This document shows, piece by piece, positions 47,419-58,100 of a stretch of DNA of 64,000 bases (the stretch's first letter is position 1; each line of letters begins with the position of its first letter). The stretch spans positions 22,500 through 86,499 of the forward strand of contig JAZDOE010000002.1 of NCBI GenBank assembly GCA_043798985.1, read 5' to 3'. The DNA is from Candidatus Falkowbacteria bacterium. Lineage in GTDB: Bacteria > Patescibacteriota > Patescibacteriia > UBA11705 > JACRDX01. The position numbers and the translations under genes were made by a program. The notes below the pieces were generated by a model. That model saw only the letters and a program-made list of their open reading frames with translations, did not search any database and was not told where the DNA came from.

Positions 47419-48669
47419 TTACGACATCAATGCCTTAATCCAATCCTTCACTTTTGCGGCGGCATCTTTTATTCTTTGAACTTTATTTCCAAATCCGTAA
47501 CGCTTATTCAGCTTTTGATTATGCGACTGATAACCCCACATCACCAAACCAAGCGCCGTGGCAAAAGATACGTCGCCAACGCGGTCAACCGCTGTATTGA
47601 ACTTTGGCAATGTGCCAATGCTCACTGGCAACATTGTCTTTCGTTTGCCAACCTCAACAATACCGGGCAGTTTCGCGCCGCCACCAACAAGCATAATACC
47701 GGCTGGCAACAATCCGCTTCTGTGTATTTTTTGCAATTCTTCATCAACTTTTTGAAAAATTTCCTCTGTGCGCGCTTCAACGATTTCCGCGACAAACTTT
47801 TTGGAAAACGCTTGATCGTCGCCGCCAAAATCCTGCAAATTTATTTCTTCCTTCTTCTCAAAGTTCTTAGACAAACAATGGCCAGCGTCAATTTTCACGC
47901 GTTCAGCCACTTCCAGCGCCGTGCGCAACCCAATGGCAAGATCAGACGTAATGTGATTTGAACCAATCGCTAAAATACTAGCGTAATAAAGCTCCCCATC
48001 TTCAAAAACCACTAAGTTTGTTGTGGTGGCGCCAATATCAATCACCGCGACGCCAACTTCTTTTTGCCTGTCAGTCAAAACAGCTTCCGCGGCGGCCAGA
48101 TTGGAAAGTATCAAATCATTTATGTCAACGCCGACGCGGTGGATGCATCTGGTTAAATTTTTAATCTGCGGCGAAAGCCCGCGAATTACCTGCGTTGAAA
48201 CTTCCAATTTAATGCCCGACATACCAACCGGGTCCTTGATATCCGTCTGATTATCAACTGAAAATGAACGCGGGATTATGTGAATTATTTCGTAATTAAC
48301 CGGCACAGCAGTTGACCGCGCCTGATCTATTACTCTTTCAACATCACCATCCTGAATTTCACCTGTTGCGCGAGAAATCGCGACAACGCCCAAACTTTCC
48401 TGCGATTTTATATGTGTTCCGGAAATCGCGACCCACAAATCTTTTATTGGCAAACCAATCATTCTCTCTGCTTTTTCAATCGCGGCTGATAAACTTGAAA
48501 CAGCGTCTTCAATGCTGACAACCGAACCTTTGCTCACGCCTTGCGATGGCACCTCAACAACTCCAATAATATTCAACTGCGAAACATTGTCCTTTTGCAC
48601 GGCTTGCCCAACAACAAGACGGATCATGCTAGAACCAATATCCAATCCAGTTAAAATCACTTCGTTCAT
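47419..48669 (-). CDS. ftsA: Cell division protein FtsA
   Basis: GLDIGSS, DPVGMSG, DIGATTT and GGGAKLPG motifs; upstream of ftsZ. Confidence 0.96.
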   Translation of the reverse strand: MNEVILTGLDIGSSMIRLVVGQAVQKDNVSQLNIIGVVEVPSQGVSKGSVVSIEDAVSSLSAAIEKAERMIGLPIKDLWVAISGTHIKSQESLGVVAISRATGEIQDGDVERVIDQARSTAVPVNYEIIHIIPRSFSVDNQTDIKDPVGMSGIKLEVSTQVIRGLSPQIKNLTRCIHRVGVDINDLILSNLAAAEAVLTDRQKEVGVAVIDIGATTTNLVVFEDGELYYASILAIGSNHITSDLAIGLRTALEVAERVKIDAGHCLSKNFEKKEEINLQDFGGDDQAFSKKFVAEIVEARTEEIFQKVDEELQKIHRSGLLPAGIMLVGGGAKLPGIVEVGKRKTMLPVSIGTLPKFNTAVDRVGDVSFATALGLVMWGYQSHNQKLNKRYGFGNKVQRIKDAAAKVKDWIKALMS

Positions 48670-48741
48670 AGTATAAAAATATCTTTGTCCCGCCACAGCA
48701 GAACCGTTCTACCTTTAATTATACAATAAATAAAAGGCTTT

Positions 48742-49119
48742 TCAAAATTTGCCTGCGAAAAACGCAATCAAATGCGGTCCAAATATTAACCACGCGATGA
48801 TTACCGAACCAATTGCCGCTATCAGCACCATTGCTGACATCATGTTTTTAATTTCTCCTGCGTACAAATGCACGCGCGGCTGCAACATATCCACCATTCG
48901 CTCAAACGCAGTGTTCACGATTTCCAGCAAAAAAATCAGCAATATCATTGAAATCAGCAAACACCATTGCCAAATCGCGACTTTAAAAAAAATTCCAGCG
49001 GCAATTACAACAATGCTTGCCAAAATATGAATTCTAAAATTTTGTTCGTCCTTAAAAACCAATCCCAGCCCTTTAATCGCGAATCCAAAACTCCTGATTA
49101 ATTTTTTAATGCTAAACAT
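48742..49119 (-). CDS. dgkA: Diacylglycerol/undecaprenol kinase
   Basis: SFGFAIKG, EQNFRIH and EIVNTAFERMVD motifs; follows ybeY. Confidence 0.9.
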   Translation of the reverse strand: MFSIKKLIRSFGFAIKGLGLVFKDEQNFRIHILASIVVIAAGIFFKVAIWQWCLLISMILLIFLLEIVNTAFERMVDMLQPRVHLYAGEIKNMMSAMVLIAAIGSVIIAWLIFGPHLIAFFAGKF

Positions 49120-49154
49120 AGCGTATAAAATTTTGAATTTTGAATTTCAAATTT

Positions 49155-49613
49155 TTAATGAATTTTTAAATCTGAATTTTGAAACATTATGCGACGTTCA
49201 AGTTGCTCCATGGTCCGTGCGTCTGACAATGTCTTGTGATCATGCCCAAGCAAATGCAAATATCCATGGATCAACAATTTCGCTACTTCGCTTTTCATTG
49301 CCCGGTCGGATTGTTTAGCCTGCCCGCGGACGCGGGACGCGGCCAGGGCCTGTTGCTTCGCGCGAGCAAGACAAATTATAATTTCACCCAACGTGCTGTT
49401 GTTTTCCCCGGCAAAAGACAGCACATCAGTCACTTCGTTTTTGCCGCGATACGCCAGATTCATTTTTTTAATAACCGCTGGTGTCACAAAAGCCAGGGAT
49501 ATTTCCTGGTTTTTGCGAATTTTCAAAACTTTTTGACAAATCTGAATAATGCCCTCCAACAATTTTTTATCCACCTTTATCTGCGTTTGATTATTAACTT
49601 CTAGAACGAACAT
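49155..49613 (-). CDS. ybeY: rRNA maturation RNase YbeY
   Basis: YRGK..VTDVLSF, LGEIII and HGYLHLLGHDH motifs. Confidence 0.94.
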   Translation of the reverse strand: MFVLEVNNQTQIKVDKKLLEGIIQICQKVLKIRKNQEISLAFVTPAVIKKMNLAYRGKNEVTDVLSFAGENNSTLGEIIICLARAKQQALAASRVRGQAKQSDRAMKSEVAKLLIHGYLHLLGHDHKTLSDARTMEQLERRIMFQNSDLKIH

Positions 49614-49616
49614 GTC

Positions 49617-50594
49617 TTAAAATCCCAAATTAAAACTATTTACAATCAATCTCAAAACGGTTGGATAATTAACGATCAAGTCTTTGCCAACATTATAATG
49701 AACGATATATACCAAATCATTCTGCGCAAAGTAGTAAGTATAACCATCAGGGCTCATGATTCCCTCAAGTTTGTTTTTGTTGCTGCTAATTTTTTCAATT
49801 TTATCCGCTGTCAACGTCGGCACCATTGCCAAATACCAATCTTGCAAATTTTGAGTCACGTCTTTTTTAACGGTAAAAACATTTATAAACTCATCATTAC
49901 CAGAGCTCAAAATCACCTCATTTTCATTAACCATGCTTGGCTCTATTATCCATTCTTCGGGATAAAAGAAAGAATATTTTGCAGAATCATTTGTATAAAC
50001 CTTAACAAAATTAGTAAATTCCAATTTTACCGGCGCAGTTCCTTGCGGATTGTATAAATTCAATACTTCCGTACCATCAATATATCCATCTTTGTCAGAG
50101 TCTTCTTTATTTTTGTTTGTGCCAAACAATGCTTCTTCTCCGTCTGTTAATCCATCTTTATCACTATCAGCGCCAGCAATATCTGCCAAAACCGTGTCAG
50201 CCAGTTTTTCCGGCTTAAATAACTCAACAACCGGTTTTTCTTCAGGTTTAACTTCTGGAGTTGGCGCAACGGTTGGCTCAACCGCTGGTCCCGCCGTTGG
50301 CCCCGCCACCGGCGGGGGCGCGGGTTGTTCAACTACTGGCAACAATGTTGGCGCAGGGGCAACAGGCTGGGTACTTAAATAAAGCAAATAAACCGAACCG
50401 CCCAGCATACCAACCAAAAGGACGGCAATCACAACATAAACCGGCTTTATTTTCCTCCCAGCCTTCGTCCCGCCGACTGGCGGGACTGCGGCGGGCAAGC
50501 TCGATATTTTTTTAACATTCCTAAAAAATTCAGGCATTACATGGATCTTGCCCTCACTGGTTATTTCGTGCGGCTTATTTTTTTCTTCAGCCAT
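49617..50594 (-). CDS. Membrane-anchored protein with Pro-rich linker, DxDxDG repeats and PsbP-like C-terminal domain
   Basis: TM helix; DSDKDGLTDGEE, DSDKDGYIDG; YSFFYPEEW. Confidence 0.7.
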   Translation of the reverse strand: MAEEKNKPHEITSEGKIHVMPEFFRNVKKISSLPAAVPPVGGTKAGRKIKPVYVVIAVLLVGMLGGSVYLLYLSTQPVAPAPTLLPVVEQPAPPPVAGPTAGPAVEPTVAPTPEVKPEEKPVVELFKPEKLADTVLADIAGADSDKDGLTDGEEALFGTNKNKEDSDKDGYIDGTEVLNLYNPQGTAPVKLEFTNFVKVYTNDSAKYSFFYPEEWIIEPSMVNENEVILSSGNDEFINVFTVKKDVTQNLQDWYLAMVPTLTADKIEKISSNKNKLEGIMSPDGYTYYFAQNDLVYIVHYNVGKDLIVNYPTVLRLIVNSFNLGF

Positions 50595-50599
50595 AAAAT

Positions 50600-51292
50600 T
50601 TATTCAACGCCCTGCAATGCTTTTTTCGCTTTTTCAAAATCTAATAATTTACCGGCGCCGTTTGGATTATATCCATTTTTCACTTCTTCTCCATCAGGAT
50701 ATTTATCGCCATCAGTATCCGCATTCAATGGATCTGTCTGGTAAATTTTTACTTCTTCTTTGTCAGTCAGACCATCATCATCAGAATCAGCTTTTTGCGG
50801 ATTTGTGCCATATGTAAGTTCTTCGCTATCAACCAATCCATCTGCGTCGCTATCTACAACTGTCGGTTCCGGCTCAACAACAGGAAGCACCGCTGGCACT
50901 GGAGTAGGAACTGCTTGCTTGGGCGTTTCTGTTGGAATTTGTTTCAATGTTTCAATTCCTTTGTTAATAGATTTGCCAGTGATAATCATGTCATATACAA
51001 ACCAGCCGGCCGCGCCCAAAATCGCCATAATAACAATGATTGCCAGCGCGATAAAAATTCCTTTTTTGCTTGCAACTGGCGCTGGCAATGGCGCTTTTGT
51101 CATTGCCGATGGCGCAGCCATCGGCAATGCAGCAGCCTTTGGCTGCTGCGCGGCCGGCTGCGCGCTTGAAGTCGCTCGCCCCGCCAACGGCGGGGCAAAA
51201 ATATCTTCTACGTTTGGAACATTTGCCGAAGGTCCCACGAGTTTAGCTGGCCCCGCCGCTGGTTGTTTTTGTAATTTTGGATCATCAAACAT
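50600..51292 (-). CDS. Membrane-anchored protein with Ca-binding DxDxDG (TSP3-like) repeats
   Basis: TM helix; DSDADGLVD, DSDDDGLTD, DTDGDKYPDG. Confidence 0.75.
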   Translation of the reverse strand: MFDDPKLQKQPAAGPAKLVGPSANVPNVEDIFAPPLAGRATSSAQPAAQQPKAAALPMAAPSAMTKAPLPAPVASKKGIFIALAIIVIMAILGAAGWFVYDMIITGKSINKGIETLKQIPTETPKQAVPTPVPAVLPVVEPEPTVVDSDADGLVDSEELTYGTNPQKADSDDDGLTDKEEVKIYQTDPLNADTDGDKYPDGEEVKNGYNPNGAGKLLDFEKAKKALQGVE

Positions 51293-51304
51293 AATATTAA
51301 ATAT

Positions 51305-51426
51305 TAAATTCGAAACACGAAATCCTAAATTCTAAACAAATTCCAAATACGAAATTCAAATGTTTCAAACATTGGAAAATTGTAATTTCGAGCTTGTTTC
51401 GGATTTCGATATTCGTGCTTCGTGCT
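51305..51426. repeat. Dispersed AT-rich intergenic element
   Basis: Homologous to 11119-11262. Confidence 0.7.
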
Positions 51427-54400
51427 TATTCACAAACGTTTGGTTTAAAATTAAATTGATAGCCAGTCAACAATGCGTCTATTTCCAGATAATAACTGAA
51501 TTTGCACGTTTGGCTCGCTGGAAAATATTGATATGAATAAATCGGCTGATACTTTTGAGTTTGCGCGCTGAACTTTTTGTTTAATGAATCATAGCATGTA
51601 TTCATGTCATAACCAATCGGACATAATCTGCAAAAACTTCCGGCCGGCGAACATTGTGAAGTTGTTTTTTCACAATAACCTTGATCCTTGCCGCACGATT
51701 CATATTTATTTGTATCAACAACTCCATTCACCTTTACAGCGTTTTCGCCAAGCTGCGCAACATCAGCAAAATGGTTCAATGGATCTTCTGGCACAGAATT
51801 CTGCAAATCCGCGCTAAATTCTTCTTGCCACGATGGCCACACACTATAAGTGACATTTTTCACGTATGAGCCAGCATCCAAATGCGGATAATCCTCATAA
51901 ATCTTAAAATACGAACCAGAATTTTTTGGATCATTTAACAAATATTTTACAAATGCCGCGTCATTCACACGTTTGGTATCGCGTTGAATCATTTGCTTTT
52001 TCAAAACTTCAACATTAGTATTAAATTTCCAATGACTTAATAATTGGTTAACAATTGACAGTGTGTTTGCGTTTGCTTTGTCAGTATAGCTAAAAATATA
52101 AACATTATTAAAAATCTTTTTGTCATCAGAAACATTGGCTCCGGAAACATAAACGGTCCTGCCATCTTTTATCGCGTGATAACCATCAATGTCTGCTGAT
52201 TGCGGCCCGCCCGGATTTGGCACGTATTGTTTGTACCAAAGTTCCAGCGGCCAAGAGCCCGGATTTTCAGCCACGCGCAATGAAATCGCGTCAGAAACAT
52301 AATCATAATCTGTCAGCGGCGCGCCATATGGACCTGTTTCGCGCACAAAAAACACTTCGTAAAAAATCTCTGGCGGCTGCGATGCATTCGCGCTGCCTAG
52401 CACATCTTTAATCAATGGCAAATCATCTATTAAACTTCCTCTATCCTTTCCGTCTCTGCAATAAAATGTCTTCAAATTAAATTTATCAACGTTCCATATC
52501 CATGGTTTGTCACAAAATATTACATCAATATCTGCCGCGGCTTCAAACATTTTGCCAGCTTCTGTCCCGCCAAACAATGTGTCTGCTGTGACATTCAAAA
52601 TCGCGAAAAGCAAATTATTTAATCCTTCTTTATCTTTTGCAAAAGCTATTTCAACATTTTCGCTGGGAGTTTTTGAAGATGCTTTAATTCCCACTATATC
52701 AACTGAATTGTCTGCCAATTTCCACGTCACTGTCCAATCATACTGGCCAACAACTTCGTGAATATAACCTTTTTCTGACTGCGCTATCGCAACAAATTCT
52801 TGCGCTTCTGCTGGTTTTGTGAAAAGTTTTGTGGCTGGCTCAATGGCCAAAGTGGAAATTTTGCACGCGCCACCAACGGTAAAACCAAAAATCAAACCGG
52901 TCTTCATTGGATTTCCGCAAGAATCAATAACTCCATTTTCTACATTCACTAAATATGTCTTGTTACTGCTTAACAACCCAATCGGCTCAACTAGCACCAT
53001 TTTTGTGTTTCCATTGCCAGCATCATCCAAACTTGTAATTACCATGTTGACCGGCGGCATTTGCACTCCAATTATGCCGATTGATATGTGCTTTTTCAAA
53101 CTCTCCAAATTTAAAGGCTGATTAAATTCCAATAAAATGCTTACATTTTGGCACACGTTCGTTTCATTCGCGGCAGGCAAGGTTTTTACAAACGCCACTG
53201 CGCCATAGCCTTTACAACCTGTTGGGTCATCACCGTTGTCACCGTTTGGCCCATCAATCGGACCATTTTCATAATTTAGTGTTGTATAAACTAATTCTGC
53301 CGCATTTATATCTTTTTCCTGCAAAATCTTGGCGATTGCTTTCATGTCCCATGGATACGCCAAAATATTTGTTTTATCAACAAAAACTTTTTCAGGTAAA
53401 TCGCCAATCACGGTTGCCAGCTGATAAAAATTTCCGGGCGCGCTGCCAACGATTGCTGGCTCGCATTTCTCGTCTTCGCCCGGCTCAACTTTTCCATTTC
53501 CACAAACCGCGCCCCACGAATAATCCGCGCCTTTTTTCAAACAATTTAGCGCGCACCAAGCAGAAGAAACTTCGCATTCTTCGCCAGCGTCAATTTTCGC
53601 GTTTCCACAGCAGTTCAGCTCGCCGGCTTTTGAACATTTTAATGTTCCTTGCCACAGACAGTTTTTCGCGCAACCAGCATCCGTTGATTCACATTCCTCG
53701 CCCTGCTCTAATTTTCCATTTCCGCAAATAGCCGGCTCGCTACCAAAAACATATTGCGCGCCCTCAAACAAACATTGGCTATTACAACCGTCTTTTGCCA
53801 CAACATTTCCATCATCGCAATCTTCGCCATATTCAACTTTTGCGTTGCCGCAAACAAATCCGGCAATTGCAGAGCCTTCATTTAAACACTTTGAACTGCA
53901 ACCATCAGCGCCTTTCGCGTTTTTATCGTCGCAATCTTCTGCTTTATCTTTTGCGCCATTGCCGCAGCAATTCGCATCGCCAACCTGCAAACAAGCAACC
54001 ATACCCTCGTTCAAACATTGCGCGCCGCATCCATCGCCTTCCAATTTATTGCTGTCATCGCACTCTTCGCCATATTCAATTTTTCCATTTCCGCAAACCG
54101 CGGCTTTGTCTTTTGGCACACTGCCGCTTAGCTGGCATTTTGCGTTGCAATATTTTGGCAAATTCAAATTGCGCTGATCATTTGAAATGGTCGCGACTGA
54201 CGGCTTTGTTGAATCCCAGCTCCATGAATAGAGGTTTGGCGCTAAAATTTCGCCAATGCCATCGCAACCCAATGGATCGCCAATTGGATTTGCTTGATAT
54301 AGAATTTTTTGATCTTTATCATAACTTATCATTTCTTGCGGAACAACATCAACTTTTTGCGGCTTGCAAATAGCAGAATCATTTTTTATTTTAAAAATCC

Positions 54401-57400
54401 ACGAATAAGAATCTAATTTAGCATCATCATTTTTATCGTAGTTTAATTCTGTAAGCGCTTTGTTAGCCGCGCTTTTTGTGTTACCGTCAATTATTACGCG
54501 ATAATATGTGTTTGACACAAAAAGCGCGCCCGGTTGCAACATAAAGTTCACGGTCTTTGTTTCACTATTATAACTTGCGTTGCCAGCAATCTGGCCAGCC
54601 GCGATAAATGTTGTGCACGCCTGCGACAAACACGGCAAAACAATCACATTGTTTTGCCAATCGTTTTCAACCAGCATGCTGGTGTTAAATTTCGCGTACA
54701 CTAACGAGTTCGGACAAGCTGTAAAGCACGCAGGATAAGAATCAACAACCTGCGGCGCAGCGAATTTTATCTGCAAATCAGCCGTATCGCCATATTCGCC
54801 GGGTAGTTTTGGATCTAACGACGTGAACACCGAATATATTTCAATGTCTTTATCCAAATTAGTTTCTGCCAATGCCTTCGCGACACTAAAATTTTTCGCG
54901 GCATCCCAATCCAACTCTGCTCGCGGTCCTGCGTAAGCATCATCAGAAAATCCCCATTTCCACCCGCTTTCAGCTGGACAAGTAATTATATTGCAATTTT
55001 TTGCCACGCATTGCGCAGAATATTTTGTTTCTTTGCCAATGTCATCTATCAACGCGTTGCTTGGACTAACCAAAATGTGGTCAACACTGCAACTGGTGTC
55101 ACCTGTTGTGAACTCCCAAAAATACGGCGCCATCATTGCCAAACCGCTTTTTGCTTTTATGCCCTTTTCACCTGACAACAATGTCACTCTATATTTTAAA
55201 TTTGTTTGCAATTTTGTTTTTAATACTAATTGCGTTCTGTCATCGCCAAAATATTTTACAACGCGAAATTCAAATGGCGGATTGTCAAAGTCTTTAAACG
55301 CCAAATTATGACAGTTCGCGCCTGCTTTTGAACAATTGCTCAAATCGCAATCATCTTTTTGCGAATTGCATGCTGAAACAACAACATTGTTAACAAAACT
55401 GGTTGTATCCATCAACGTGTTAAAAACAGCGCTGGTTTCAGCATTTGGACATGCGTTCTTCAACCCGATAAATGGCGACGGGCTTTCCGGATAATCTTTT
55501 GAACAAACTGGAATTTCCAGAACTTCCGGATAAATCGGCAACAAACCAGTGCTAAATATCCACGCATATTCGCAAGATTGCAAACCAGCGGCCTTGCATT
55601 CGTCAGTTGGCAAACACAATCCATTACAGCAGGTTTCGCCAGCAGAACAACTATTAGCAGTACACAAACCAACCGAGAAATTTACCTCATTGCTTTTCAA
55701 CCCAGCAGAATTTAAAACATAAACAGGTCCGCTTTTTGCTGTTTGCGGGACAATAATATTTGAAATTTTTCCATTTGTCCAAGTTAATCCGTCCTTAACT
55801 TCTGCGGCGCTATAAAAAATAACCCTCCCTGTGTTTCCCTGTGATGCGCCAAATTCTTCACCGCCAATTTCAATTTTCGTGCCAGCTGGTCCGTTCGCTG
55901 GTTTAACATAACAAATTCCAGGTGTCACTGCTTTGCTGTTCGCCTCAAACATCACTTGATTACTTTTTACCTCACCCTTAACAATTTGAATTGTGTATTT
56001 GCCAATATTGGCAGTTGGAATTTTTGACGGAACTTTTACCACAACCTGCGCATTATTCCACGCGCCCTGACTGCAACCAAATTCTGCCACGTACATTTTA
56101 GTAGCGTCATCTTCTTTTACAAATTGCACCTGCCCAATGCTGTCTCCAAAATTTGAACCGGCAATCGTCACATACTGACCCTTGCCGCCGTTATTGGGAC
56201 TTATGCCAGTAATTATTGGCAATTCAGCAGCTTCCAAAACCACAAAAGCAACGGCATTGCTCAAAACATTGTTATTTGAAACTTTCACATTAACTTTCCC
56301 GGACTGCAAATTGGGAACTTTTATGCCTGATATTTTTTTATCAACCCAAGTTCCGCTGATGTCAGCGCTGAATTCGCCAAAGTAAACATTATCGCCATCG
56401 CCCCGCGAATCGCCAAAACCACTGCCCTCGGCAATTACCAAATCCAAGTATTTGCCAGTTGCCTGACCGAGCGCGTTCGCAACAGAACACAAACCCGGCC
56501 ATTTGACATTCGCGTCATAAATAAAGTCGCCCTTCCAACCGCGATCATCATCAGTCGCGTCAGTATATGCTTTTTTCGTAGTAAGTTTTATCGCACCGGT
56601 TGAAACAGTAGCTGGAACAACCACAACAACCTGATTATTTGTCCATGATTTTACAGCGCAACCTAACTCTGCTTTTATCCACGCGCCTTTGGCATCTTTA
56701 AACTCAACTTTGCTCGCTGGTCCAAAATCGTCAAAATATTTTCCGGAAATCGTGACAAAATTTCCTGCGGCGCCTTTTGACGGCGACACGCTGGAAATAA
56801 TCGGCACATCAACGCAAACGTTTTTTGTTTTATCGCACGTGCCTGTTGCGCATTGCGAATCATTATCGCACTTACCGCCATCGCACAAACCGCACTCTGG
56901 TTTTCCGCAAATTATTTCGTCTTTGGCATTAAAACAACTTTCGTCTTTAATATAAAAACCAATTTCCGCGGCATTGCCAAAATTCGCACCCAAATCAAAC
57001 GCTCTGGCGCTGACAAAATGTTTGCCTAAAGCGGCGCCGGTCAAATCAAAATCAAACGCAGCGTCAAATTCTTTTAGCGCCGCGATTTTTGGTTGGTCAG
57101 CGCCAATTTTTTTCTGGTCAAAGAAAAAATCAACGGACGAAACTCCAAAATTATCCGTTGCTTTTGCCTGCATCAATAAAATGCTATTTGCTTTTACGCT
57201 TTGTCCGCTTACAGGATAGCTAACAAAAACCACCGGCAAAGAACCATCAAAATTTTCTCCCGTTGAAAATTTTGCTGAACACGCGAACACTGCGCTGCAC
57301 GTAATCTTAGAATCAGTAATACTGCGCAATCCTTGTTTCACAACAATTTCGTATTGAGTATTTTTATTAAAACAAAACTGCGTTTCATAGTCCGCGCATT

Positions 57401-58046
57401 TTTGAGCTGGCGTAAAAATAATTTTCGCGCCATCAACTTCAATGTCACCATCAACTTCTTTCCCGTCTAGCGCCTGCCTCACGATAAAATTTCCGGATAC
57501 GGAATTTTCTTTTACTTCTTTATTGAATAAAACTCGGACTTTAACATTATATATTTCGGATTTTCCGTTTGGCATGAAAGATTTAGCGTAAAAATTCGCT
57601 CCGCCAGCGCCTCCGCCATCTCCGCCTACGCCACCGTCTCCATTGCCACTTGGCAACCCTCCGACAATCTCAACGCCAGTCGCCTCGCCCAACCGACTGA
57701 TTACAAACGTTGTTATCGCGTAAGCGCTTAATACAATAATCAAACCTATTACAGCTGACGTTAATGCTTTGCGCGCTTTGTCGTGCTTTGGATCGCTACC
57801 GCCGGCTATCATCCACAAAAATCCTCCGTAAAGAATCAAAGCAAGAAAAACGATTCCCAAAAAGCTCAAAATAATTTTTATGATTTTCGCAACAATCAAT
57901 CTGGGATCTTCCTGCGACAATCCAGTGCTTTCCAAAGGCTGTAAACCAACATCAACCTGCGCAAAAGCAATCTTCGCGACAAAAATACCCAGCGCCATTA
58001 TAATGATGCTGCCGACTAACAACCATTTTTTGCGTCGCAAAGACAT
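51426..58046 (-). CDS. Giant (2206 aa) surface protein: VirB2/TrbC-like pilin N-terminus, Ig-like and IPT/TIG repeats, Myxococcus-type Cys-rich repeats
   Basis: ILSFLGIVFLALILYGGFLWM.AGG...KA.K.L...VIGL; ISP..G..G..VTI.G..F (TIG); several CGNG..E.GE.CDD repeats. Confidence 0.85.
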   Translation of the reverse strand: MSLRRKKWLLVGSIIIMALGIFVAKIAFAQVDVGLQPLESTGLSQEDPRLIVAKIIKIILSFLGIVFLALILYGGFLWMIAGGSDPKHDKARKALTSAVIGLIIVLSAYAITTFVISRLGEATGVEIVGGLPSGNGDGGVGGDGGGAGGANFYAKSFMPNGKSEIYNVKVRVLFNKEVKENSVSGNFIVRQALDGKEVDGDIEVDGAKIIFTPAQKCADYETQFCFNKNTQYEIVVKQGLRSITDSKITCSAVFACSAKFSTGENFDGSLPVVFVSYPVSGQSVKANSILLMQAKATDNFGVSSVDFFFDQKKIGADQPKIAALKEFDAAFDFDLTGAALGKHFVSARAFDLGANFGNAAEIGFYIKDESCFNAKDEIICGKPECGLCDGGKCDNDSQCATGTCDKTKNVCVDVPIISSVSPSKGAAGNFVTISGKYFDDFGPASKVEFKDAKGAWIKAELGCAVKSWTNNQVVVVVPATVSTGAIKLTTKKAYTDATDDDRGWKGDFIYDANVKWPGLCSVANALGQATGKYLDLVIAEGSGFGDSRGDGDNVYFGEFSADISGTWVDKKISGIKVPNLQSGKVNVKVSNNNVLSNAVAFVVLEAAELPIITGISPNNGGKGQYVTIAGSNFGDSIGQVQFVKEDDATKMYVAEFGCSQGAWNNAQVVVKVPSKIPTANIGKYTIQIVKGEVKSNQVMFEANSKAVTPGICYVKPANGPAGTKIEIGGEEFGASQGNTGRVIFYSAAEVKDGLTWTNGKISNIIVPQTAKSGPVYVLNSAGLKSNEVNFSVGLCTANSCSAGETCCNGLCLPTDECKAAGLQSCEYAWIFSTGLLPIYPEVLEIPVCSKDYPESPSPFIGLKNACPNAETSAVFNTLMDTTSFVNNVVVSACNSQKDDCDLSNCSKAGANCHNLAFKDFDNPPFEFRVVKYFGDDRTQLVLKTKLQTNLKYRVTLLSGEKGIKAKSGLAMMAPYFWEFTTGDTSCSVDHILVSPSNALIDDIGKETKYSAQCVAKNCNIITCPAESGWKWGFSDDAYAGPRAELDWDAAKNFSVAKALAETNLDKDIEIYSVFTSLDPKLPGEYGDTADLQIKFAAPQVVDSYPACFTACPNSLVYAKFNTSMLVENDWQNNVIVLPCLSQACTTFIAAGQIAGNASYNSETKTVNFMLQPGALFVSNTYYRVIIDGNTKSAANKALTELNYDKNDDAKLDSYSWIFKIKNDSAICKPQKVDVVPQEMISYDKDQKILYQANPIGDPLGCDGIGEILAPNLYSWSWDSTKPSVATISNDQRNLNLPKYCNAKCQLSGSVPKDKAAVCGNGKIEYGEECDDSNKLEGDGCGAQCLNEGMVACLQVGDANCCGNGAKDKAEDCDDKNAKGADGCSSKCLNEGSAIAGFVCGNAKVEYGEDCDDGNVVAKDGCNSQCLFEGAQYVFGSEPAICGNGKLEQGEECESTDAGCAKNCLWQGTLKCSKAGELNCCGNAKIDAGEECEVSSAWCALNCLKKGADYSWGAVCGNGKVEPGEDEKCEPAIVGSAPGNFYQLATVIGDLPEKVFVDKTNILAYPWDMKAIAKILQEKDINAAELVYTTLNYENGPIDGPNGDNGDDPTGCKGYGAVAFVKTLPAANETNVCQNVSILLEFNQPLNLESLKKHISIGIIGVQMPPVNMVITSLDDAGNGNTKMVLVEPIGLLSSNKTYLVNVENGVIDSCGNPMKTGLIFGFTVGGACKISTLAIEPATKLFTKPAEAQEFVAIAQSEKGYIHEVVGQYDWTVTWKLADNSVDIVGIKASSKTPSENVEIAFAKDKEGLNNLLFAILNVTADTLFGGTEAGKMFEAAADIDVIFCDKPWIWNVDKFNLKTFYCRDGKDRGSLIDDLPLIKDVLGSANASQPPEIFYEVFFVRETGPYGAPLTDYDYVSDAISLRVAENPGSWPLELWYKQYVPNPGGPQSADIDGYHAIKDGRTVYVSGANVSDDKKIFNNVYIFSYTDKANANTLSIVNQLLSHWKFNTNVEVLKKQMIQRDTKRVNDAAFVKYLLNDPKNSGSYFKIYEDYPHLDAGSYVKNVTYSVWPSWQEEFSADLQNSVPEDPLNHFADVAQLGENAVKVNGVVDTNKYESCGKDQGYCEKTTSQCSPAGSFCRLCPIGYDMNTCYDSLNKKFSAQTQKYQPIYSYQYFPASQTCKFSYYLEIDALLTGYQFNFKPNVCE

Positions 58047-58100
58047 ATCTTACTATAATTTCAAATATCAAATGACAAATGACAAATGACAAATTACAAA

